NCBI GenBank assembly: GCA_020633845.1 | Contig: JACKCW010000003.1 | Span: 11,661-75,660 of the forward strand | Source of the DNA: Bacillales bacterium | Lineage (GTDB): Bacteria; Bacillota_I; Bacilli_A; Izemoplasmatales; UBA1188 | Direction: 5' to 3' | Length of the DNA: 64,000 nucleotides | Part shown: positions 46,082 to 57,500 of the stretch, in pieces | How the letters are laid out: each line of letters begins with the position of its first letter | Numbering within the stretch: position 1 is the stretch's first letter | Notes under the pieces: model-generated | Database searches by the model: none | What the model was told of the DNA's origin: nothing | What the model saw: the letters and a program-made list of their open reading frames with translations, nothing else | Position numbers and translations under genes: made by a program

Positions 46082-46282
46082 AACTACTAGAATTATAACA
46101 CTAATAGGCAATTAAAGAGAGTAGAGAACTCTCTAAAACCAATTTCGTCTTGTTTTGAATAATTTGTGTATAAAGAAGATAGAAAATGGCCTAAATGTTG
46201 ATTGAATAATACACAAAAACATAACAATCTTATTGTGTTTATAGTATAATTAAGTGTATAATTACAAAAAACGGAGGAAAAA

Positions 46283-47689
46283 ATGAAAAAAATATTTGCA
46301 TTTGTTTTAGCATTAGCTAGCGTTGCTCTTCTTTCTGCATGCGTAACGACGACAGAAACTCCTGTTACTGAAGCTCCGACTGAGGCCCCGACAACTGTTG
46401 TTACCGAAGCCCCTACCACTTTAGCTCCTGTAACTGAAGCCCCTACTGAAGCGCCGACAGAAGCGCCGACAACTACGGTTATTGAAGCTAAAGATATATA
46501 TGAGTCAGTTATTGACCAACTGGCAACTAGCGCCGATTCAACACTTAGCGCCGTTGTAAATCTTAAAGGTTCATTTGCTACTACCGAGTACTATGAAAAT
46601 GAGTCAACGGAAACCATTACCATTAGTCTTGAAGGACAATTAACTGTGGAAATTGATATTAAAAACTATACACTGTTTATTGGTATTGATGTTACCCCAA
46701 CTTATATTAGTGATGGTGACCCAGTTGAAGGTATGGAACAGTTTGAATTGATAAACAACAAACGTTTGCAGGCTCACTTCTATGTTGACCTTGGAAGTGC
46801 CACTAATTATATGTACATATATGCAAACGAAGATCTTGTTCACTTCTTACACGAAATAAGTTATGACGAAGAAACCGAAGCGTATAATTTCCCGGTTGAT
46901 GCGATGGAACTTGCGGTAAAAGGTGACATAACTACTTATGTAAATCAGTTTAAAGCTTTAGTTCTTTCTGATTTGGATCTTGAGTCTCTTCCTCAGAACC
47001 TTTCATTTGGCGTTCTTTCGACTTATATACTTAGTCTTGCCACTTCTGCCGGATTTATGGATCCTGCTGATTATTCAATTGATCTTAACGCCATAATTAA
47101 TGTTATCGCAGGTATGTTAGCTGAACAGGCATACGGCGAAGAGGCAGAACCGATATACAACGTCGTAGAAGAAACAACTACCGAAACTACCGAGGAACCT
47201 ACTACTACTCAAAGTCTTGAAGAACTCACAGCATTATACGCACAGATGATTACTCAATACTTAACTTGGTTTGAAGGCAAACTTGATTTCAATGAACCAT
47301 ATGTTGATGAAGGACTTGTAATTTTCGGTGTTGATCTTCCAGAATTTGATCTTGTAACTGATGAAACTGTTGGCCCGCTTTTGGCTCAAAGTGATTTAAC
47401 GGAACTTAAAGTATCGGCTGGTGTTAGCGTAGCTATTGATCCGGATTATAAGGTTGCTAATTTATCATTCGAAGCCGCTGGATCTGTTGTAAATCAATAC
47501 ATGACCGCTGAAGAAGCCGCCGAAAACGACTATGAAGATCGTTTAGCTGAAGGCGTTCAATTCTCGGTTGAAATCTCTTGTGATTTAAGCAATGTCTTAT
47601 CATTTGATACTCAAGGTATGGAATACACCCTTCTTTCAAGTGAAATGGTTGATGCGATTTTCGCAAGTTTAATGCAGTCAGACAACTAA
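46283..47689 (+). CDS. acidic lipoprotein, function unknown
   Basis: Lipobox LLSAC, a TEAPT-repeat linker and a D/E-rich body. Confidence 0.7.
   Translation: MKKIFAFVLALASVALLSACVTTTETPVTEAPTEAPTTVVTEAPTTLAPVTEAPTEAPTEAPTTTVIEAKDIYESVIDQLATSADSTLSAVVNLKGSFATTEYYENESTETITISLEGQLTVEIDIKNYTLFIGIDVTPTYISDGDPVEGMEQFELINNKRLQAHFYVDLGSATNYMYIYANEDLVHFLHEISYDEETEAYNFPVDAMELAVKGDITTYVNQFKALVLSDLDLESLPQNLSFGVLSTYILSLATSAGFMDPADYSIDLNAIINVIAGMLAEQAYGEEAEPIYNVVEETTTETTEEPTTTQSLEELTALYAQMITQYLTWFEGKLDFNEPYVDEGLVIFGVDLPEFDLVTDETVGPLLAQSDLTELKVSAGVSVAIDPDYKVANLSFEAAGSVVNQYMTAEEAAENDYEDRLAEGVQFSVEISCDLSNVLSFDTQGMEYTLLSSEMVDAIFASLMQSDN
46361..46475 (+). repeat. degenerate 15-nt tandem repeats encoding (V)TEAPT linker units
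   Basis: ACTGAAGCNCCNAC(N) recurs about 7 times, encoding TEAPTEAPTTVVTEAPTTLAPVTEAPTEAPTEAPTT. Confidence 0.7.
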
Positions 47690-47701
47690 ACCTAAACAAA
47701 T

Positions 47702-47732
47702 AAAAGACGAAAGTTTACTTTCGTCTTTTTTC
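47702..47732 (+). terminator. rho-independent terminator
   Basis: AAAAGACGAAAG-ttta-CTTTCGTCTTTT followed by a T run. Confidence 0.75.
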
Positions 47733-47793
47733 TTTGCCTTTTAATTAACCAACGAAAAAGACGGTTTCTATTGTATAATAGAAAAGAGGAATT

Positions 47794-48948
47794 ATGGAAG
47801 AAGATCTAAAGTTAAGAAACGCCATTAAAATACTAAATGTCTTAAACGAAAAAGGTTTTGAGGCCTATATCGTCGGCGGTTATGTAAGAGACCGTCTTTT
47901 AGGTATTGAAAGTAAAGACATTGATATTACGACTAACGCGCTTCCAAGTGTTGTCCAGGAATTATTTCCTTCGAATTTTTCCAAAAGCCTGAAATACCAG
48001 ACGGTTAACGTAATATTAGATGAAACAGAATACGAAATAACGACTTATAGGGTAGACCTATCTTATAAAGACCATCGTCATCCCGAGTCTAAAGTATCTT
48101 CGTCTCTTAAGTCCGATTTAAGAAGAAGAGATTTTACCGTTAACGCGATGTGTATGGATAAAGATCAAAAGATTATTGATTATGTCGGCGGTAAAGAAGA
48201 TTTAGAAAATAAAATCTTAAGAACGGTCGGCATCCCGAGAAAAAGATTCAGTGAGGACGCTCTTAGAATGTTCAGGGCTTTCCGCTTTGCCTCAAGACTC
48301 GGTTTTACCATCGATAGTGATACTTATGAAGGAATAAAGAAAAACGCGTCTTTAATCAAATATGTATCGAAAGAAAGAATAAAAGACGAACTTACAGGTA
48401 TTCTTATAGCCCCTTATTTAAAAGATAATTTATCTTTGATAAATGACTCCGGCATTTTTAAATTGTATCCGGGATTAAAAGCGGCTTTTATGGTTCTTGA
48501 AAGAAATTATTACCCGCTCGACTTTTTGTCTCTTACCGCCCTTTCGTCATATCTTTTAGGCGACTTATCGGAAGAGCTTTTATTGAGCAAGAAGGAAAGA
48601 AAAACCGTTAAAGACATTCTTCATTTCATTGAATTATTTAAAGAGAAAAAAGCCACGCCTTTATCTTTTATCGACTTTGAATATCAGCCGATAGAATACG
48701 CGATTTTAATTATGAAAGTTTTGGATATGCCGATTTACGATAACACAGAAATCAAACAAATTTATGAAGATATGCCGATTAAAAATATGAAGGATTTATC
48801 GATTAACGGCGACGATATCAAAAAGTATCTTCAATTATCCGACTCTCCGCTTATTAAAACCTATTTAAATAAAGCCGCATCTTTAGTTATTTACGATCAT
48901 ATTCCCAACGAAAAGGAGATTCTCCTCGAAAAACTGAGAGAATCATAA
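47794..48948 (+). CDS. cca: CCA tRNA nucleotidyltransferase
   Basis: GGYVRDRLLG..KDIDITT head-domain motif, and RRDFTVNAM. Confidence 0.9.
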   Translation: MEEDLKLRNAIKILNVLNEKGFEAYIVGGYVRDRLLGIESKDIDITTNALPSVVQELFPSNFSKSLKYQTVNVILDETEYEITTYRVDLSYKDHRHPESKVSSSLKSDLRRRDFTVNAMCMDKDQKIIDYVGGKEDLENKILRTVGIPRKRFSEDALRMFRAFRFASRLGFTIDSDTYEGIKKNASLIKYVSKERIKDELTGILIAPYLKDNLSLINDSGIFKLYPGLKAAFMVLERNYYPLDFLSLTALSSYLLGDLSEELLLSKKERKTVKDILHFIELFKEKKATPLSFIDFEYQPIEYAILIMKVLDMPIYDNTEIKQIYEDMPIKNMKDLSINGDDIKKYLQLSDSPLIKTYLNKAASLVIYDHIPNEKEILLEKLRES

Positions 48949-48954
48949 TACTAT

Positions 48955-51009
48955 ATGTCGCAGAATTTTTACTGTTATCTAGACGCTTTTGACGAGATAA
49001 CGATTATTGTCCCGAAAGACAAATATCATCCAAACACTAAGTACCAACTTCAGGGAAATGATGAAATCATCGATCTGGAAATCAAAGAAGTCACTTCAAT
49101 CGGCTCTGAGGAGAAACTTATAGCCTTTTTCGACGCCTATGTTAATCTCGAACTTACTTATCAGGTAGTATCATCAGATCTTTCAAGAGCCGAATTATAT
49201 GTCGGGAAGGTGGTTAGAACCTCGCTTTTCGATTCTATTTATTATTACCGGAAAGACGATCTCGGTTTTACTTACACCAAAAAGTCCACCAAATTTAAAA
49301 TTTGGTCTCCGGTAGCTAAACAGGTAGTCATTGAACTAATTGATAAGACAGGCGAGGTAAGAATGCGGAACCTTTTCTATAAAAACCAGGGAATCTGGCG
49401 AATAGAAGAGGAAGGGGATCTTGAAGGTTTTAAATATAAATATCACGTTTACGTTAATGGTCAGGTTAAAACCTGTCTTGACCCGTACGCCATTTCCTCT
49501 TCGATAGATAACGAATATAACTATGTCATCGATAAAGAAAAGTTATATAAGATGGTTTATTCCCCGAAAAAAATCTCTTCACCTCTAGAAGCAATCATTT
49601 ATGAAACTTCAATCAGAGATTTTACTTCTGAATTCAAAGATTTAGAGGACCGGGCAACTTACACCGCTTTTACCAAAGAAAACCTTAAAACTGAAGGAAA
49701 TGGTCCGGCCGGTTTTGATTATTTAAAATCCTTAGGTGTTACTCATGTCCAAATTATGCCTTTCTTTTCATTCGGAGGGATAGAAGAAGGGGATCGTTTC
49801 TTAAAATACAATTGGGGTTATAACCCGGTTCAATATAACGTCCCTTCAGGTCTTTATTCTCTTAACCCTGATGATCCTTACGATCGAATTAATTCGCTCA
49901 AGAAAATGATAGATAATCTGCATAAAGCCGGCTTAAACGTCGTGATGGACGTTGTCTATAATCATGTCTATAATGCCGATTTATTTCCTTTTGAAGTATT
50001 ATGCCCCGGATATGCCTATCGATACAATAGAGAAGGCATCAGAACCAATTTTTCCGGCTGTTCAAACGACATTTATTCTTCCAAAAAAATGATTAGGAAG
50101 TTCATTTTGGATTCAATTTTATATTGGGCGAAAGAATATAAAATCGATGGATTCAGAATGGATATTATGGGACTTCTCGACTTTGAAACCGTGAACGATA
50201 TAAAAAATGAACTGACCGATATTGATCCTTCGATAATTCTTTATGGAGAAGGGTGGAAAATGATTTCTTCAAACGCCTCGGATTCTTTAGCCCATATGTT
50301 CAATAAAAACGTGCTTCAGACAATCGGTTTCTTTAATGATAAAATCAGAGAAGCCATAAAAGCTTATGTGATTGGGAAACTTAATGATCAGGCTCTTATT
50401 AAAGAAGTTATTCTCGGCTCTTCATCTAACCGTTTTCTTTTTAAATACACGAACCAATCGATTAACTATGTGGAATGTCACGACGATATAACGCTTTTCG
50501 ATTTTATAAGGGAAAACCTTAAAGAAGAAGAAATGGAAATATCGAGAAAAAGAGCGCTTCTTGCGACTTCAATGATTATTTTATCGCAAGGGATTCCTTT
50601 CATTCATTCGGGAGAAGAAATTTATCGGACGAAGTCTTTTGAAACCAACACCTATAAAATGGGCGATGAAATCAATATGATTAAATGGGAAGATACCGAT
50701 AAATATAAGACTGATATCGCCTTTTTAAAAGAATTAATCGCGATAAGAAAAGAATACCCAGCCTTTCGTCTTCAAACCTCGACCGAGTTATCTTCCTATG
50801 CTTCCCTCTCTTTTAATGAAGCCGGAACGATTCTTTATACGCTTTCTCTTCAAGACGAATTATTGATTTTATTTAAAAACAGGGAAGAGAAAGAAGAAAT
50901 ACCTTTATTAAAAAAATATAAAGTACTATCCTCTTCGCTGATATATGAACTAACGGAAGATAAAATTACTTTATCATCAATTGGAACAATAGTACTTAAA
51001 AAGGAGTAA
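48955..51009 (+). CDS. pulA: type I pullulanase (GH13)
   Basis: YNWGYNP, GFRMDIMG, YGEGW and YVECHD conserved regions. Confidence 0.9.
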   Translation: MSQNFYCYLDAFDEITIIVPKDKYHPNTKYQLQGNDEIIDLEIKEVTSIGSEEKLIAFFDAYVNLELTYQVVSSDLSRAELYVGKVVRTSLFDSIYYYRKDDLGFTYTKKSTKFKIWSPVAKQVVIELIDKTGEVRMRNLFYKNQGIWRIEEEGDLEGFKYKYHVYVNGQVKTCLDPYAISSSIDNEYNYVIDKEKLYKMVYSPKKISSPLEAIIYETSIRDFTSEFKDLEDRATYTAFTKENLKTEGNGPAGFDYLKSLGVTHVQIMPFFSFGGIEEGDRFLKYNWGYNPVQYNVPSGLYSLNPDDPYDRINSLKKMIDNLHKAGLNVVMDVVYNHVYNADLFPFEVLCPGYAYRYNREGIRTNFSGCSNDIYSSKKMIRKFILDSILYWAKEYKIDGFRMDIMGLLDFETVNDIKNELTDIDPSIILYGEGWKMISSNASDSLAHMFNKNVLQTIGFFNDKIREAIKAYVIGKLNDQALIKEVILGSSSNRFLFKYTNQSINYVECHDDITLFDFIRENLKEEEMEISRKRALLATSMIILSQGIPFIHSGEEIYRTKSFETNTYKMGDEINMIKWEDTDKYKTDIAFLKELIAIRKEYPAFRLQTSTELSSYASLSFNEAGTILYTLSLQDELLILFKNREEKEEIPLLKKYKVLSSSLIYELTEDKITLSSIGTIVLKKE

Positions 51010-51011
51010 AA

Positions 51012-51935
51012 ATGGAAATAAAATTAAATGAAAAATATGATTTTTACGGATCGGCAGAAGCTATTAATCCATCGACCTATCCGACTTATTCGGTTATCAT
51101 CTCTCTTCCGGAAAATGAAAGCGCGGTTGTGAGATTAAATCAGGACCAGGTAATCGAAAAAGGCGAAATATACCACTTTCAAGGCCAGGCGGTTGATTTT
51201 AAAGGACGCCTTCATATTCTTTTAAGCGATTATAAAAATCTCCGTGAAGAAGAGATTAGCGAGGAAGAAAAGAATTTAATCAGAACATCATTAAATAAAG
51301 ATTTGGTGATTGATTATAAACTATGTGAAAATTACATTGAAGAGGCTATGGCTTCTATTGAAAACAAGGTTGTCAAAGAAATAACCAAGACGATGTATGA
51401 TTCCTCTAAAGAAGATTTTCTTATCTATCCGGCCGCGACTAAATTCCATCATGCCTATAAATACGGCCTTCTCTTTCACACCTATAATATGCTTAGATTA
51501 TCTAAAGCATACACCTCAATTTATCCGCATTTAAATAAAGATCTAATAGTAGCGGGAATTGTCCTGCATGATTTAATGAAAACTAAAGAAATCAAAGCTT
51601 ACACCGGCGAATATACCATTGAAGGAAAACTTTTAGGCCACATTTCTATGGTAACCTCGGAAGTTGCCAAAACCGCAGAAAAACTAGGATATTCTCATGA
51701 AGAAGAGACGCTTCTTTTAGAACACATTGTCTTATCTCATCATGAACAATCCTTTTACGGTTCTCCGAAAAGACCGCAGATAATCGAGGCGTTAATTGTT
51801 CATTTATGCGACATGGCCGACGCTAAGGTCGAACCGACTATTGAAGCCCTATTAAAGACTCAAGCCGGGGAATTCAGTGAACCAATCCCCGTTAACGATA
51901 AAGAAAAATATTTAAAACACTCATTATCTAAATAA
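51012..51935 (+). CDS. yhaM: 3'-5' exoribonuclease YhaM (OB-fold plus HD domain)
   Basis: HD-domain residues (HHAYKYGLLFH, LHDLMK, HHE). Size and layout match YhaM. Confidence 0.8.
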   Translation: MEIKLNEKYDFYGSAEAINPSTYPTYSVIISLPENESAVVRLNQDQVIEKGEIYHFQGQAVDFKGRLHILLSDYKNLREEEISEEEKNLIRTSLNKDLVIDYKLCENYIEEAMASIENKVVKEITKTMYDSSKEDFLIYPAATKFHHAYKYGLLFHTYNMLRLSKAYTSIYPHLNKDLIVAGIVLHDLMKTKEIKAYTGEYTIEGKLLGHISMVTSEVAKTAEKLGYSHEEETLLLEHIVLSHHEQSFYGSPKRPQIIEALIVHLCDMADAKVEPTIEALLKTQAGEFSEPIPVNDKEKYLKHSLSK

Positions 51936-51977
51936 AAAAAGGACCCGGAATAATTCCGAGTCCTTTTTTATTCTTTT

Positions 51978-54554
51978 TTAATTATTTGCATCAAGGAAAT
52001 ACTGATAGATAGTTTGATAGGTAGCGTAGTCTTCATAGCCTTCTTCCTGAGATAAAACCCCGGCGAAGAAGATATTGACAAAACTCTCGCTGTAGAAATA
52101 ATTGTCGGCTGCTGTAACGTAGTCGCTGAAGTCGACATCACTCGGGAATAAATCCGGGAAATACGAGATGTTGAAATCGCTAAGTGCGGTATCGCTGTCA
52201 GTCAGAATTACCTCATAAAATTCAATATACATCGCATTGATGAACTGAGTCATAGTTGGTGTGTCGCTATCGTTATTGGCGGCGTTATTGTATTCGCTAT
52301 CCTCATCCTCATCTTCGCTGTATTTGAAACTCGGCTTGGTAGTACCACCATCACCCTCGGTTGCGAGAATGAAGTGAGCGCCAACTTCGTCGATTGTAAG
52401 ACTATCCGCGATGGCAAACACATCGTCATATGTGTCGCTTATAACTTTGTCATAAACTGAGAGGTAAGCGGCATTCATTTGGGCGGTCGCGGTATCACCA
52501 TAGTTGTAGTAAGTGATCGAAACGGTATTGCTGTCGTCATCGGTTGTCGATACAGCGCTATAGGAAAGCATGAAACCAAGCTCTTTGTATTCGCTGTAAT
52601 CGCCGTCGATTCTAGATGAATTATTATATTCATCGATGAAATCTTTAATGATAGTAGCCGCATCGCTTGCGCTGTCGGCATCCTCAACCTTATCCTTGAT
52701 TAATTCATAGAAACTGTCGAGTTCGGCCTCATATGCCGCTTGCAGGGCCGCCTTATCCGTAATCAGATTATCGGAGCCGTCATAAAGTTTAATCCCGTAT
52801 TCGTCGATATTGTCGATAACCTGTTCTAAATCGTCTTTTTCAAAGTCGCCGTCATAATCGGTATAAATTGATAGTTCGTAAGTGTAAAGGTCATAGTAAT
52901 TATTGTAATAATCATCCATTATCGACTGGAGTTTAGCCTCATAAAGTGGGTTAACGCTGACATTATTGTCATCGTCGATATTAAAGAGAAGAGAATATAC
53001 CACCATCGTCTTAAGATCGTTAGACACATAGTAATAATTTAAAGCGTCCTCGAAATTATTGAAACCGAAGGTATCGAAAATATAATCTGATTCAAGTTCG
53101 TAATCGTCTGCACTATAGTTGCTAGAGATATAGCTTTCAAGATCGTCGTAATAAGAAATATATCTTAAGGAAGCATTTTTGGTAACGTCTCTTTCATCGC
53201 CGTAAAGAAGAGTATAAGCATCCATTGTTTCCTCAATTTTGAGGACAGCGGCATACATTAAATAATAAGCAAGGTCTCTTTCTGTGGCGTAGTTATAGAA
53301 ATCGTCGGCGGTAATGCTGAAATCGTTAAGCTTAACTAAAATAGTTGAATCTCCTGCAATACTGGAATCGTCATAAGATGAATCATAAGAAACGTAGTCA
53401 GCGGCAAAGTATCTGTCGTTAAAGGTAATACCGTTTTCGCTTCTTAAGTTAGCCATGGCGGCGGTCACAACCGAAGTAGTGGCGACATAGGCGTCAATGA
53501 AGTGAGAAAGAATCTCATTCTTTACCTCGTCGGTTGCATCAGCGTAGTCGGCCTTATCTTCACCCGTAAGCTTGTATATAATAGTGTAAGCAGTTCCGTA
53601 TCCTACCGTGTATGGAGCGACGGTATAAGTATAATCGTCAGCGCTCATACTAAACATATAAGAGGCAAGATCTTCGGAAACTGTCGATAATTTGATGAAA
53701 TTATAATTAAAATCATCGGAAGTATAAACGTTTGCGGCAGTTGCTTCTTCTTTATAAGAAGAATACACAATATTATAGAGTTGAATAAAATAACTTAAGG
53801 CTTCCGCATTATCATTAAATTCTCTGGTGTTTTCATCGTTTAATTCTCTTTGGGCTACGTTATTAATATCTTCACTTCCAGTATATACTCGAAGTTCGGA
53901 ATTATATATTACAAGACCTAAAGATTTAACGGCCGAACGATAATCGTTCATTGAACTGAAGGAGATAACGATAGCCTTGGTATCAGCCCAGTAAGAGTCG
54001 GTGTAGTAAGACTCCAGAGTGTCTTCCGAAACGTAGTAATCGCTATCTTCGTCATTCTGACAATCGTTGATATATTCTTCGGTATAAACGTCTCTTGCGG
54101 CCAGAAGTTTGATATATTCTTCCTGTTTAGCCTCGGTATCAAGACCCATAATATACATTGTATAGTTATATTCTTGAAGATCGGTGGCTTTTTCTTCATC
54201 CGATAAGGCAGCGATAGTGTCTTCGTCATCCGTTGAGTAGACAAGTCTATTGTATCTCGAGATGTATTCCGGACTGAGAGTGGTGATGTTTTCGACATAA
54301 GACGATAAGAGTTCTTTATCAATCTCTTGCAGAAGAAGACCGATTCCTCCGTAATATCTAACCATAGTATTGATTTCTTTTTTGGTTACTTCATAAGCAT
54401 GACTATTATAAGAAGAGTTGAATACTACGGTATCGCCCGAGGTAATACTTGGTTGGACATAATCGGTAGTTGTTTCGGTTTCGTCTTTACATCCCGCTAA
54501 GGCAAGGCTGATTAATACTACTAGTAACAGAGTGAAAAGTTTTTTAATTTTCAT
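51978..54554 (-). CDS. giant acidic lipoprotein with PrsA/SurA-like N-terminal region and a parvulin-like remnant
   Basis: Start at 54554 (MKIKK) 9 nt after GGAGG. Lipobox LAGC. Very D/E/Y-rich. C-terminal ...DEVGAHFILA resembles the parvulin fGyHII strand. Confidence 0.65.
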   Translation of the reverse strand: MKIKKLFTLLLVVLISLALAGCKDETETTTDYVQPSITSGDTVVFNSSYNSHAYEVTKKEINTMVRYYGGIGLLLQEIDKELLSSYVENITTLSPEYISRYNRLVYSTDDEDTIAALSDEEKATDLQEYNYTMYIMGLDTEAKQEEYIKLLAARDVYTEEYINDCQNDEDSDYYVSEDTLESYYTDSYWADTKAIVISFSSMNDYRSAVKSLGLVIYNSELRVYTGSEDINNVAQRELNDENTREFNDNAEALSYFIQLYNIVYSSYKEEATAANVYTSDDFNYNFIKLSTVSEDLASYMFSMSADDYTYTVAPYTVGYGTAYTIIYKLTGEDKADYADATDEVKNEILSHFIDAYVATTSVVTAAMANLRSENGITFNDRYFAADYVSYDSSYDDSSIAGDSTILVKLNDFSITADDFYNYATERDLAYYLMYAAVLKIEETMDAYTLLYGDERDVTKNASLRYISYYDDLESYISSNYSADDYELESDYIFDTFGFNNFEDALNYYYVSNDLKTMVVYSLLFNIDDDNNVSVNPLYEAKLQSIMDDYYNNYYDLYTYELSIYTDYDGDFEKDDLEQVIDNIDEYGIKLYDGSDNLITDKAALQAAYEAELDSFYELIKDKVEDADSASDAATIIKDFIDEYNNSSRIDGDYSEYKELGFMLSYSAVSTTDDDSNTVSITYYNYGDTATAQMNAAYLSVYDKVISDTYDDVFAIADSLTIDEVGAHFILATEGDGGTTKPSFKYSEDEDEDSEYNNAANNDSDTPTMTQFINAMYIEFYEVILTDSDTALSDFNISYFPDLFPSDVDFSDYVTAADNYFYSESFVNIFFAGVLSQEEGYEDYATYQTIYQYFLDANN

Positions 54555-54569
54555 AAGTCTCATCCTCCC

Positions 54570-57500
54570 TTAATCACTCAAATCCCCAAAGAGGACAGAA
54601 TAGTAAATGTCTTTCAAAGCCTCGAATTGGCTTTGATATTCCGACGATTCGTTAACGAGAGTCAGAAGCATAATGTAGTTGGAATGGTAAGTTGCCGATT
54701 CGTCTAAAACAATTGACATGAAATCGGAATAATAAGTATCAAAAGCGTCGGTAAGATCGGTTGGAAGATTCGGATATTCAAAGCCGGCTTGTTCTTCCGG
54801 ATCATCCGTATCGCCATAAATATCGTTATATACATATTGCTGCATGTAAAGAGCTAACTGGGATTCGCTGACTGATGAAGAAGTGTTAACCGATCCTTCA
54901 GCATAGTCACTATCCGGATCACTAATTTCAAAGGTAGTCTTATCGAAATTGTCTCCCGGGAGTCCTACAATAAAATGAAGACCGAAAGAAGTTTCAGTAA
55001 GGCCGTCGCCGATAGAATATCCGAGGAGGTCATTATCGACTCTTTCCAGTTTTTCCGCAATCTTAGTTACGGCTTCTTGGAAAGGTTCAACATAAGACGA
55101 GACAGTGGAGTTGGTCACATCGCCCAAATCTTCATACATGAGAGAAATTCCCAAAGCTTTAAATTCTTTATATTTACCGTCTTCTCTAGAAGATTCGTTA
55201 TACTCGGTAATAAAATCACTTAGGATTGTCTCGCTGCTGGATGCAAAGTTAGTATCACTGCTATAGACATAGTCGAGAAGAAGTTTTTCGAGTTTATTTA
55301 TTTCTGTATTAAATTCGGAAAGAGTAAGAGCGTTTCCGCTGGCGTCTTTTAGTACGCTGCTTTCTCCGGTTGTTTCATCGAAACTTGCGAGGAATTTGTC
55401 GTAGTCGTCCGGACTTCCGTCTTCATCTAAATCCATATAGATTAAAAGGTGAGATATGTCGACATCGTAGTAATCATTAAAGATAGTGGTAAATTTGTCG
55501 CTTGCGAATAATGCTTTCGCATAATCGGTTAATTCGGTAGTGTCTAAAGCCCCAACCATTTCGTTATAGATGAAGACATCTCTCATCGTGCTTCTTTCAA
55601 GAGAACTTACCATATCATCAAAACTTCTGGCTCCGTAGCTATAGAGGAATTCGTTAAGCGAGTTGTAATAATCGTATCCGTAAGAAGCATAGATTGATTT
55701 ATAGTACTCGTAATAATAGTTGTAATACTCGGCTGTTTCAGCATATTCTTCCATCTTCCAGTTATCGCTTGTTAAATAGTTCATACTGGTTCCGTGAATC
55801 TCTTCAAAAGCGTCTAAAGTGAAGTATACGGCATTAAGACAAGCAGAAGAGATGTAAGACGCTGAACTGTATTCTAAAGCGTAATCGTATAAGTCATCAG
55901 GAGTAATAGAAATTTCGCTGACAGTAGTTCCCATAACGTCTACTTCTTTGGTTAGTTCAACAAGTTTCTTAGCAACATACTTTTTCATGCTGTAATAATC
56001 GGTATAAAGATCGGAATCAACGCCAGCCGCTAAATCATCTTCGTCATAAGCGATATCGCTTTGATATTCATAGACAAAGAATTCATCGTATATTTTAAGT
56101 CCGGCTTCAGCTCTCAGTTCAGCAATAGCCATCGTAGTAAAGCCGGTAGTGTCTAAATATTCTTGAATTTTTTCTTCTTTGTATGCAGCAAGTTCGCTTT
56201 CACTTGGAGTGCTGCTTTCCGATGTGCTTAACTTATAAATGAGATAATAAGGAGTTTCGGAATCTTGGACTCCGTCATAACTTGTCGGAGTGGCGAGATA
56301 ACTTCCCGATGCGGTATCGCCAAAAGTTAGAGTTTCAAATATTTCTTTTGCCAAATCTTCTCTTATGGCATTTAAATCATCGTAGTTATATGTAATTTGA
56401 CTTAAAGTATTTTCCATGAGCGTCGAATAATCACTGCTCCAAGTAACACCGGTCAAATCTTTATATATTTGTACAAAAGCGGAATATAGTTGAGCGTTGG
56501 AAGCTTCAATAGTATTGGTAAGATCAAAAGTTGTTTGATCCTCGATTGCAAGCTTACTGTCGTTCGCAATAATATTTCCTTCATTATCTAAGTAATACAT
56601 AAAATCGTCTTCCGAATCTAAGATAGGGTTTCCATCGCCGTCGGTGGCAATTTTATAGTTAGGAATGTATTCTTCGTTGGTGCTGTCTTCTTTATAGGTC
56701 GGGAAGCCGTTTACTCCTTGTGCTACTCCGTCAACGGTTTCAACGAGATATTCATCATTTCCGATATATTTTCTGATTTCCTGGACGGTATTGTTTTCGC
56801 TATCAGTATAAGTAACGAGAACGAGTCCATAGTTTTCTAAGGCGGCATTAAGAGTGATAACATCAGCATCATTTATAAGTCCGGCCGAAGTCGTAAAATC
56901 AAAAGCATCGATAAAGTTTTGTAAAACGACAGAAGTCTCAAGACTGTCTCTTTGTTGAGAATAGTAGTCGTTATACATTTCTATGTAAAGGGAGAGAACC
57001 TGATCGGCACTGAGAATAGCGGTATTCTTTGTTGTGAAACTATCGCAATCCTCATAACTTACAACATTGCTGACGACGGTAGTGCTTGAGTATTCCCAAG
57101 CATCAAGTTCGGAATTCCAAACATAATTTCCGTCATCATCAGTTTCGACATTCGCATTTGGAACTTTTTCGTATCCGGTAGTTCCGTCGCTGTAAGTCAC
57201 TTCCTGTTCTAAATATGGATAACTGAAATCGTCATTAACATAGTAGTTTCCGTCATCATCTTTATCGACTACGTATTCACTATCTCCTATGTAATAGCGT
57301 ATTTTGCTGCTGACGATTGCTAAATGATATAAATTGAGGAAGGTATCGGCGTCATCTTCGCTGTAGAATTTAATGACGAGCGCTATTGTGTCGGCATATT
57401 CTGCTTCGTATTCGCTTAGAATTGTCTCATCACTGACATCCGGCGTAATAGAACCGACATCAAGGCCGTTTTCAATCCGATATCTGGCGTACTCGTCGTA

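Noticed and set aside
46093-46419. 108-aa minus-strand ORF overlapping the lipoprotein gene start
   Set aside because: It is antisense to the TEAPT repeat region and the intergenic promoter region. The repetitive VGASVT translation mirrors the repeat.
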